DNA of 10,769 nucleotides from Octopus sinensis (GCF_006345805.1 NW_021827308.1:1-10769); one strand, 5' to 3'; shown: positions 1 to 7,359, numbered from the stretch's first letter. Translations and numbers: made by a program. The notes: generated by a model from the letters alone, not told the origin.

Positions 1-148
1 CCGAAACTTGATACGCCAATGAATGCCAGCTAGCTGTATGTGATTGGTCGGAGATTTGGGACAGTACTCGCGTGTATGTGCGCACGCACGCAGCTGTATA
101 TGCATGCACTAGCACTATGACCCGGCAATGTCGGGTCATAGTGCTAGT
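1..148 (+). mobile_element. Probable 3' terminus of a non-autonomous Helitron-like element (5' part lies outside the window)
   Basis: GC-rich hairpin ACCCGGCAATGTCGGGT (120-136) is followed 7 nt later by CTAG|T (144-148). This matches the canonical Helitron 3' signature: subterminal hairpin, CTRR, then host T. No Rep/helicase sequence is visible. Confidence 0.55.
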
Positions 149-157
149 TACATATAT

Positions 158-190
158 TACACATACATACACACACACACACACACACTC
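158..190. repeat. (CA)n/(CATA)n microsatellite
   Basis: Direct reading: acatacatacacacacacacacacacac. Confidence 0.95.
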
Positions 191-191
191 A

Positions 192-980
192 CAGGGTGCG
201 ATGGGTAAATTGTCGCCATTTTATATTCTTGATTTCGTGCATACGCATTGTTTGTGAGAAAAAACAACACTGACGCAATTCACTCTGCCAGAAATTTGGA
301 AACATGCTCTACTGCTTGGCATTCGAGCCGGATGCTCCAATACGAACATTTCGTGTTTGGGTGCCAATCTGAGTACTGTGCAATCAGAGGATATGTACCG
401 AGAGCGATAAAAGTCAACATCTGGTCAACATAATTGGTTGGCTGTGATCACTTGTGATGGCAACGTTATGCCTTTATTCATCTTCCCAAACGGCTTCAGA
501 CTCAACATGGTGACCTACATAAAGTGCCTGGAGCAGGTAGTGCCGCGCTGGGTCAAAAGGGTGGCTACTGGAAGACCTTATGTCTGGCAACAGTTCTCTG
601 CATCAGGAGAACCCAGTCATGGTTGTCAGACATTTTTTGCGACCATATCAGCCCTAACAGCTGGTCATTTAATTCCCCAGACTGTGGTATGAAATTGAGC
701 GAGAGACCAACAAAACTCTTTGGAACACCAAAGATGAACTGGAAGCAAGGATTCTGGAAGCATTCACCAGCTTAAACAAGGAGATCGTCCAAAAGAGATG
801 CAGGAGATTCCGAAGTCGCCTGGAGGCCGTGATTGAAGCCAATGGCGATTTTATTAAATAGATTTACTCTTTAATATTTCAAGATATCTTGATATGATTT
901 TGGTGAATATATCTGTTCAATTGAGATGTCAGGGTTATTTTCATTTTTTCATAATTTAGACAATTTATCACCGCATCCAC
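192..980 (+). mobile_element. Internally deleted Tc1/mariner-superfamily DNA transposon (maT/DD37D-like), non-autonomous
   Basis: Left end CAGGGTGCGATGGGTAAATTGTC (192-214) and right end GACAATTTATCACCGCATCC (959-978; reverse complement GGATGCGGTGATAAATTGTC) form degenerate TIRs around a broken DDD transposase C-terminus. The canonical TA TSD is not preserved; both flanks are (CA)n. Confidence 0.85.
438..861 (+). pseudogene. Transposase pseudogene, DDD catalytic domain C-terminal half, spread over three frames
   Basis: Frame 3: VITCDGNVMPLFIFPNGFRLNMVTYIKCLEQVVPRWVKRVATGRPYVWQQ(F)SA. Frame 2: RRTQSWLSDIFCDHISPNSWSFNSPDC. Frame 1 (682-861): LWYEIERETNKTLWNTKDELEARILEAFTSLNKEIVQKRCRRFRSRLEAVIEANGDFIK*. 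These match the known Tc1/mariner motifs QQDxAPxH, WPPxSPDxNPxD and RLxAVIxAxG. Confidence 0.9.
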
Positions 981-1063
981 ACACACACACACTCTCTCAA
1001 TCTCTCTTCTCTCACTCTTCCCTTCTCTGTTTCTCTCTCGCCCTCTCTCTCTCTCTCTCTCTC

Positions 1064-1129
<66 letters not shown>

Positions 1130-1147
1130 ATGTATGTGCGTGTGTGT
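979..1147. repeat. Compound (CA)n-(CT)n-(TA)n-(TG)n microsatellite
   Basis: Direct reading. Confidence 0.95.
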
Positions 1148-1165
1148 ACGTTGTGGGTGTGTCCT

Positions 1166-1324
1166 GGGTTTCTGCACAGTTTCACTCAACGAAATTACAC
1201 TCACAAGCCTTTGGTTAAGTGGAAGCTATTTTCGAAGACAGTTGCTCTAAATGCCTAGATGCTGCAGAGTGCGCTCGACCTCACAACTATGTTGTTACGA
1301 AGCGAACTTCTTAATCGCATGGCA
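1166..1324 (-). mobile_element. Old, diverged copy of the head/core module of SINE family B (CORE-like tRNA SINE)
   Basis: Colinear with 8907-9060: gggtttct..cagtttc..aaattacactcacaagcctttggt..gctatt..gaagacagttgc..tgcc..aactatgttgtt..aagcgaacttcttaa versus ggcttctttcagtttcc..aaatccactcacaaggcattggt..gaagacacttgcccaagatgcc..aaccatgtgg..agcaagctacttac. Confidence 0.75.
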
Positions 1325-1705
1325 AACCTTGCTTCATCTCGTTCATATGTTTTTAAAGATTTTCAGTAGTATGAGGTTCCCATTAATGCGTTTGATGTAG
1401 CGTCTAAAACTTACACTTTAAATCTTTATCAGAAGCTGCTGAAATATATATTCTTCTTATAAAACACAATACAGCGAGGGTAATTGTCATGCCTTATTTT
1501 ATTGCCAAATATTTTAAAGGATCGCAGACACTGTACAAATGATATGGTTGATATTACGGTAAATGATACATGAATAGAGAACATGCATCTTGACATAGTT
1601 CACATAGCAAAAAGTGAATCGAAGAAAAGGAAAGGTTTTTCTTCTGTAGTACAACCAAAGCAGCAAATTTCTTTCTTTTTTTTCTTCATAAACACCAAGT
1701 AGAGT

Positions 1706-1753
1706 ACACACACACACACACACACACACACAAATCACACACACATACACACG
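1706..1753. repeat. (CA)n microsatellite
   Basis: Direct reading. Confidence 0.95.
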
Positions 1754-2027
1754 CAAATAAACACTTACTGGTTCATATTACTAGGGTTGTATATTCCTGA
1801 CAGCGACTTGAATAAAATACTGCATACAAGCAAAATACCATTCGACTAAGAATCTACAACACAAGCTACAAACGGAATTCGTGACAACCATTGTTGCTTG
1901 TGTAATATCTACAATGATCTCTGCTACTCTGAATAGTTAACTCTTCACTGCTTCCACCTAATGCATTTACCAGTTTCCGATCTCCTTATGCACTCCATTA
2001 TACAAGAACTGATTTTGATATTTTATC

Positions 2028-2181
2028 CTTTACGTTCTCAGTTCAAATTCTACCGGAGTCGACTTTGCCTTTGATTCTTTTGCGCTCGATAAAATAAGTA
2101 CAAGTTGAACACTGGGGTCGATGTAATCGATTTATCCCCTCCCCCGAAATTGCTGGCCTTGTTCCAAAATTTGAAACCAAT
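2028..2181 (+). mobile_element. SINE family A copy 1 (5'-truncated)
   Basis: ctttacgttctcagttcaaattc (B-box-like GTTCAAAT), then gtcgactttgccttt, gataaaataagtac, ctggggtcgatgtaatcga and aaattgctggccttgttccaaaatttgaaaccaat. Aligns by eye with 2193-2343 and 2407-2531. Confidence 0.85.
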
Positions 2182-2192
2182 ACTTTATTCTT

Positions 2193-2343
2193 CTTTACAT
2201 TCTCAGTTCAAATACAACCGAGGCGGACGTTACCCGTCATCCTTTCGAGGTCGATCAAATCAATATCAGTCAAGCACTGGAGATCGATGTAATCGACTAG
2301 TGCCAACTCCTTAAATTGCGGGTATTGTGCCCAAAATTGAAAA
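2193..2343 (+). mobile_element. SINE family A copy 2 (5'-truncated, more diverged)
   Basis: ctttacattctcagttcaaat, tcatcctttcgaggtcgatcaaat, cactggagatcgatgtaatcgact, aaattgcgggtattgtgcccaaaattgaaa. Same block order as copy 1. Confidence 0.85.
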
Positions 2344-2346
2344 TAA

Positions 2347-2531
2347 GGTGGCGAGCTGGCAGAATCGTTAGCGCAGGGCAAAATGCTGAGCGGCATTTCG
2401 TTCGTCTTTACATTCCTTGTTCAAATTCCGGCGACGTCAACTTTGCCTTTCAGGGTCAATAAAATAAGTACAAGTCGATCACTGGGGACACTGTCCGAAA
2501 TTGCTGGCATTATGCCAAATTTGAAAATAAT
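2347..2531 (+). mobile_element. SINE family A copy 3, with tRNA-like head and internal deletions
   Basis: Head GGTGGCGAGCTGGCAGAATCGTTAG carries an A-box-like TGGCAGAATCG, with a B-box-like GTTCAAATTCC downstream. The same body blocks follow (ctttgcctttca, taaaataagtac, cactgggg, aaattgctggc). The central block resembles, from memory, the Meta/MESC-type SINE domain; not verified. Confidence 0.85.
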
Positions 2532-2734
2532 ATTTTATTCAATCTTCCTCCTTGTAACTCTTTTTCTTTGAAATCACCAGGTTATTTTCTAATACAATAC
2601 AACCTAAACACGCGATGGGCATTGTCCGTTTCTCTTATTAAATAGAAAAAAAATTGCCATCAACAGCCATGTAAATGATATGCAGATACACAGACACACG
2701 TATTAAAATAATATTTTATGGTCATTGTACATAT

Positions 2735-3090
2735 AATCTTCACAAAGTTTGGTAAGTCTGAAATGATTGGTGTTCAGATTGTACGTGGATAGGAGGGAAA
2801 TTTCAGATGTCTGATATTCTCGGAAGTAATGGTTGGGAACAGTGGTTTGAGCTGAGCCTGGGAATGAAAACTGTGAATGGATGCGGCAGAAGGTGGAGAA
2901 GTGATTGTGTCGGGATGGTACCGGCGGAAGTGGTATGCTGCTAGCTAGGAGAAGAAACCATTGTAATAGCGGAAGAAAAGGCAGGATTCGAGGATATGTC
3001 TATGAAGTAGAGGCTGGAGTTTGCTTGTGACGAATTTTTGATAATCAACCAGTGGATTTCTTGTGGATTCAAACTAAGATGTGCTTGTAT
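2735..3090 (-). pseudogene. CR1/L2-group LINE ORF2 C-terminal fossil
   Basis: Minus-strand translation gives AHLSL..., then after a frameshift TSKLQPLLHRHILESCLFFRYYNGFFS*, and later HPFTVFIPRLSSNHCSQPLLPRISDI*N. These match the CR1/L2-group ORF2 tail motifs LQPLxHRRxVASLSLFYRYYNG and HPFxVxIPRxxTxxYxxSFFPRTxxLWN. Stops and frameshifts are present. Confidence 0.8.
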
Positions 3091-3091
3091 A

Positions 3092-3132
3092 TAGTAGCAG
3101 CAGCGGCAGCAGCAGCAGCAGCAGCAGCAGCA
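3092..3132. repeat. (TAG)/(CAG)n trinucleotide repeat
   Basis: Direct reading: tagtagcagcagcggcagcagcagcagcagcagcagcagc. Confidence 0.95.
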
Positions 3133-3515
3133 AATGCCACTTCCATCCAGCAGAACCACTGATTCGTCTCTAACCAGGCAGCAGCAGGAAACACTCAGCA
3201 GACTTAGAAGTGGTCATCACCCGGACCTCAAGTACTGGCTCTACAAGATCGACCAAGCCATTGACTGGCACCTGCAGGAAGTGCGGAATGGGAGAAGAGA
3301 CGCAGAGCATGCCATCTACGACTGTCCACGGATCCATCGCCCGCCGCAAATCCCCCCCCCCACCTCAGACGCTCTGACCAGTGACCCTCTCCTTGTCCTT
3401 CAAATCTGGGAAAAGTGGACTTCCGCTCCCGACCTGCCAGACGTCTCCCAGCCCACAGAACGGACGCAGTGAAATCACCCTTACCCGTCTTGTTGCTTGA
3501 CAACAACAACAACAA

Positions 3516-3520
<5 letters not shown>
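3133..3520 (+). mobile_element. 5'-truncated non-LTR retrotransposon 3' end (I/Ingi/Nimb/R1-like group): ORF2 C-terminus with CCHC knuckle, short 3' UTR and (CAA)n tail
   Basis: LTRQQQETLSRLRSGHHPDLKYWLYKI resembles the typical RLRxGH motif. Frame 3 at 3273-3302 reads CRKCGMGEET and rejoins AEHAIYDCP, giving C-x2-C-x8-H-x4-C. Stop at 3470-3472, then about 28 nt of UTR, then (CAA)n from about 3501. Clade assignment is tentative. Confidence 0.8.
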
Positions 3521-3556
<36 letters not shown>

Positions 3557-3577
3557 ATGGCAGCAACAGTAGCAGCA
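3500..3577. repeat. (CAA)n-(CAG)n compound trinucleotide repeat
   Basis: Direct reading. Confidence 0.95.
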
Positions 3578-3604
3578 TTCCGAATATAAAAGTGTTTTCT
3601 ATTG

Positions 3605-4088
3605 GACATCGTTTTCAAGTTTTGTGTTCACGGAAGCAGCGCATGTTTTGACTTGAAATGTGTATACTGAATCTAGATGACGCCTGTTTACAAACGGTTT
3701 AGGACTTAAAGGGTGGGTGCTGCTGGTAAAGAGTGGTATAATCTTCATGGGAATAAGAGTCAATAGAGGTGACAGCAAGCATGTTGTTAATAAAGAGTGA
3801 GTGAAAGGTAGTGGGCGATGTAAGCAAGACCCGATATGAGAAACTAAGAATGAGAAACTAAGAATGACAGAGATCTCACCCGGGCGCACTGATTATGTTA
3901 GGTCATTAACCTTCGAATTAAGAGAAAAGAATCGGATGAAACGCATAGACGTGCAGGTTAGCCAAGGGGAAATATCAGCGAGTTACTGCCAAAATGCTTC
4001 TGTTTTCGCTGAAATTATCGTGGGTAGTATACTAGTTGTGAATGATACAGGAGAACATGTCGCCTGCAGATTTGACATAAAAGACTGC
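3605..4088 (-). pseudogene. CR1/L2-group LINE reverse transcriptase fossil (central RT blocks)
   Basis: Minus strand, in the expected order: SAGDMFSCIIHN*YTTHDNFSENRSI and LADIS (cf. STGDLLSYxTHxWxxALDNFGESRxVALDIS); SPTTFHSLFINNMLAVTSIDSYSHEDYTTLY (about 3818-3726; cf. SPTLFxLFINDLLxxTSNxIHSYADDTTL, with YADD decayed to HEDY at 3749-3738); then AASVNTKLEN (cf. AxSLNxDLxxI). Confidence 0.75.
3836..3867. repeat. Exact 14-bp tandem duplication ATGAGAAACTAAGA (x2, plus ATGA)
   Basis: 3836-3849 is identical to 3850-3863. Confidence 0.95.
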
Positions 4089-4089
4089 A

Positions 4090-4149
<60 letters not shown>

Positions 4150-4167
4150 CACCACCACCACCACCAA

Positions 4168-4207
<40 letters not shown>

Positions 4208-4318
4208 GCTGCTACTACTACTACTACTGCTGCTGCTGCTACTACTGCTGCTGCTACTGCTGCTACAGCTGCTACAGCTGCTACTGCTGCTACTGCTGCT
4301 GCTGCTGCTACTACTACT
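4090..4318. repeat. Compound in-phase trinucleotide repeat (CTA)n-(CCA)n-(CTA)n-(CTG/CTA)n
   Basis: Direct reading. It produces the poly-Leu/poly-Pro part of ORF 3864..4334. Confidence 0.97.
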
Positions 4319-4339
4319 TCGTCAGAAGAAGTGAAGCAC

Positions 4340-4490
4340 TCATGGTCTGTGTAGGCTACATCGTCATAGCGATGTGATTGTTCGTGTGGCCGAGTAATTG
4401 ATATTCAACTTTATGTCCGTAGCTAAAGAAATTCTTGCGGTAAGGGGTTCAAGAGGCTTTTTACGCTGAAAAGGAATGATTAACAATGAA
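4340..4490 (-). pseudogene. Possible further upstream remnant of the same CR1/L2-group RT (YRPISL region)
   Basis: The minus strand gives TAC CGC..ATT TCT TTA (YR.ISL across a frameshift), then YQLLGHTNNH (cf. NYRPISL...xQLLxHLExNxL). Position and orientation fit 3605-4088, but similarity is weak. Confidence 0.35.
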
Positions 4491-4512
4491 TCCAGTGCAT
4501 GGATTTAAAGAA

Positions 4513-4571
4513 TGAACCCGGAACCATGTGGTTGGTAAGCAAGCTAATTACCACGCAGCCACTCCTGCGCC
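4513..4571 (-). mobile_element. Head-only fragment of SINE family B
   Basis: tgaacccggaaccatgtggttggtaagcaagctaattaccacgcagccactcctgcgcc is nearly identical to 9007-9065. The reverse complement starts GGCGCAGGAGTGGCTGCGTGGTAA (A-box) and ends at the B-box GGTTCA. Confidence 0.9.
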
Positions 4572-4754
4572 AATTTTCAAAAAAAAAAAAAACCTTTTAC
4601 CTTTTTATAACTAAATATTATCAAGAACTATATAAAGACATTGTTAAAATATTTTGTTTATTGTAGAAGTACAACCAATTCATTACACATAAATTTCTAC
4701 AACAAAATCGTAGGACCCCACAAGGGCCGTATAAAACCCAGTAGAGAACATCTG
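4572..4754. mobile_element. One-ended hAT (Charlie/Buster-type) MITE
   Basis: Terminus CCCAGTAGAGAACATCTG (ends 4754) resembles the Charlie-type TIR GTTGAGAACCACTG. It is followed directly by CTCTAGAA (4755-4762), which fits the NTCTAGAN target-site consensus. Subterminal GGACCCC/GGGCC motifs and an AT-rich body are present. No clear partner TIR. Confidence 0.55.
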
Positions 4755-4815
4755 CTCTAGAAAGAAGCCCTGATTGTGTTGTGGAGAGCAGCTTTAGGAT
4801 AAAACATCGAGAGAA

Positions 4816-4920
4816 AACACACGCACGCGCATTCGTACTCTTTCCCTCTCTCTCTCTTTCTCCCCCCTCTCCTCTCTCTCTCTCGCAAACACATAAACGC
4901 ACACATGCTGAGATACATAT
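4816..4920. repeat. (CT)n/(CA)n low-complexity tract
   Basis: Direct reading. Confidence 0.85.
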
Positions 4921-5193
4921 GTTGATATGGTCCGATTAGTACTGCTCGTGGTGTGCAATAAATTGTCGAAGTGTCTGAAGCGGTTTCCTGATCTTGCAGT
5001 GCAAATATGACTTGCCATGTGTACAGGAAGTGAAACACCATTGTAGACATTAGTTCTGCATCAGGGTTTCTAGACTTGCATGAAGGTATGTTACCCACCT
5101 GCACCATGTTGCGCCATTGGCCTGCTTAGAGAGGATGTTGATTTGGGGCACTCTGCGGGATGAAATACAAAGTCTGACAAAAGGCAGATGAAA

Positions 5194-5296
5194 ACACACG
5201 CACACACACACACCAACACACACATACAGACACATATACACACATGTACAAGCATCTGTAAACATACATCTCTCTGTATATATACACTTATATATA

Positions 5297-5329
<33 letters not shown>

Positions 5330-5400
5330 CTAAGTGTGTGTATATATATTTAATATATGTGCATGTCTATGTGTCCGATTGTATATATATGTATGTAATT
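5194..5400. repeat. Degenerate (CA)n-(TA)n-(TATG)n microsatellite
   Basis: Direct reading. Confidence 0.9.
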
Positions 5401-5825
5401 ATTTAATGTATTTACTTGGCGTAAAAAAATGAATTTCGATTTACTGAGGTAGAATTTATGGCTTCAAAATCTGAATATTCCTAAAGTTCTAATGATGAAA
5501 CACAAATGTTATTATGTTTTTAATACGCAAAAAGAAACAGAAAATAAAAAAATTGGAGAAATAAACATGACTGCTGTTGCAGAAAAACATTGGTAAACAA
5601 CTAAATAAATGCATGACGAGAAGAAAAGGGATTTTTATATAAAATTCTGGAAAAAAAAATCAATAAACATAAGACAAGAATATTTCATTTCGTTTAATGA
5701 CAAACCGCACGAAGAATATTTATTTATATAGCAGAAAGATAAGGAGAAAAAAAAGGAAGAAAATGCGTGAAAATAAAATCAGCGAAATTGGCAAAATACG
5801 CATAAGTGTACGTGGATATACCCAT

Positions 5826-6035
5826 ATGTACATACATACATAAATACATACATACATACATACATACATACATGGATACATACATACATACATACATAAA
5901 TACATACATACATACACATATATATATACACATACATACACATATATACATATATTCGTGTATATATATTTATATATATATATATGCTTATAGATATTTT
6001 TATAAGTATATATAGTATATATACGTATATATATT

Positions 6036-6085
<50 letters not shown>

Positions 6086-6156
6086 TATGTATATACTTAT
6101 GTATATATATATATGCATATATATATATATATAGATACACATTTATATATATATCC

Positions 6157-6214
<58 letters not shown>

Positions 6215-6240
6215 ACTTACGTATGTATGTATACTTATAC
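5826..6240. repeat. Long (CATA)n-(TA)n compound microsatellite
   Basis: Direct reading. Source of the YIYI/MYVC ORFs. Confidence 0.97.
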
Positions 6241-6524
6241 GCATGCACGCTTGCTCACGCACAAACAAACGTAATAGATACCTTATCATGTCATACCTAT
6301 TTACATAGGTATAAACTGTGGCAGCAATATGACTGTGTAGGGAAGATCGATTATGGGAAAAAAATTTTTTCAACGATTATTTATTAAATAATAAAAGTAA
6401 TATTTTTATTAGAACCTCTTGGCATGCGCATTAATATTCTCGTGATGCTTTTATCGTAGCCACAGTAAGCCGATAGAACAGAGAAGAAGAAATAAAAAAT
6501 CCGCCATATCAAGAATCTTTGTAA

Positions 6525-6990
6525 TTATCATGATTGTGATAAAGATGATAACGATGCTGATAACAATGATAATGTGGAGGTGGATGATTCTCATAACGGT
6601 GTTGATGATGACGATGATGATGATGACGATGATGATGATGATAATGATGGTAATAATAATAATAATAATAACAGTAGAGTAGTAGTAGTAGTAGTAGTAG
6701 TAGTTGTTTGTTGTTGTTGTAGTAGTTGTAGTACGAGTAATAATAAAAAGAAGAATAATAATAAAAATAATAATGAGGAGTAGAAAAAGAAAGAAGACTA
6801 AGAAGAAAAGAGAAGAAGAAGAAGAAGAGAGAGAAGAAGAAGAAGAAGAAGAAGAAGAAGAAGAAGAAAAGAAGAAGAAGAAGAAGAAGAAGAAGAAAGG
6901 AAGAAGAAAAAAGAAAGAAGAAGAAGAAGAGAGAAGAAGAAGAAGAAGAAGAGGAGAAGAAGAAGAAGAAGATGATGTAGAAGAAGAAGC
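6525..6990. repeat. Compound trinucleotide array (GAT)n-(AAT)n-(AGT)n-(GTT)n-(AAT)n-(GAA)n
   Basis: Direct reading. Source of the poly-D/N/V/E/K/R/S/F ORFs. Confidence 0.97.
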
Positions 6991-7083
6991 GAGCAATGAT
7001 GGCTTTCATCAAAGTTTTCTTGTCACATTTCTCCACCGCCTTCCAACTGTTGCAGCTATCTGATTTAAGATATAGTACTTGAA

Positions 7084-7115
7084 TGTATATATGTATATAT
7101 ATTGTGCGTGTATGA

Positions 7116-7161
<46 letters not shown>

Positions 7162-7208
7162 TATGCATAATAAAGTGTATGTATCTCTCTCTCTCTCTTT
7201 CTATCTAT
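7084..7208. repeat. (TA)n and (CT)n microsatellites
   Basis: Direct reading. Confidence 0.93.
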
Positions 7209-7359
7209 AAATCAGAAAATCTATGTAGTATAGTAGTTAAAGATATACATCCGTATTTTTTTCTTTTACGTGTAATGGTCGTTTTAAATTTTAATGCGTA
7301 ATGCATACCATTGTTCGAGTTTCAAGGAATTTTTCATTTCACCAAGTATATCTGTTCCT

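Noticed and set aside
2028-2531. Regularly spaced repeats suggesting a CRISPR array or satellite
   Set aside because: Units are about 150-185 nt, diverged and carry Pol III boxes; there is no repeat-spacer structure or cas gene, and the context is eukaryotic.
2752-2757. Perfect splice donor GTAAGT
   Set aside because: It lies at the edge of the antisense LINE fossil with no convincing upstream acceptor or open exon.
3228-3578. Minus-strand ORF with a signal-peptide-like poly-Leu start
   Set aside because: The poly-Leu is (CTG/TTG)n and the rest is antisense to the LINE 3' end.
3864-4334. 156-aa plus-strand ORF with poly-Leu/poly-Pro resembling a membrane protein
   Set aside because: The N-terminal half is the antisense of the LINE RT fossil and the C-terminal half is the CTA/CCA/CTG repeat.
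4358-4505. Small hairpins ACATCG..CGATGT and AATCCA..TGGATT
   Set aside because: Six-bp stems are expected by chance in 10 kb.
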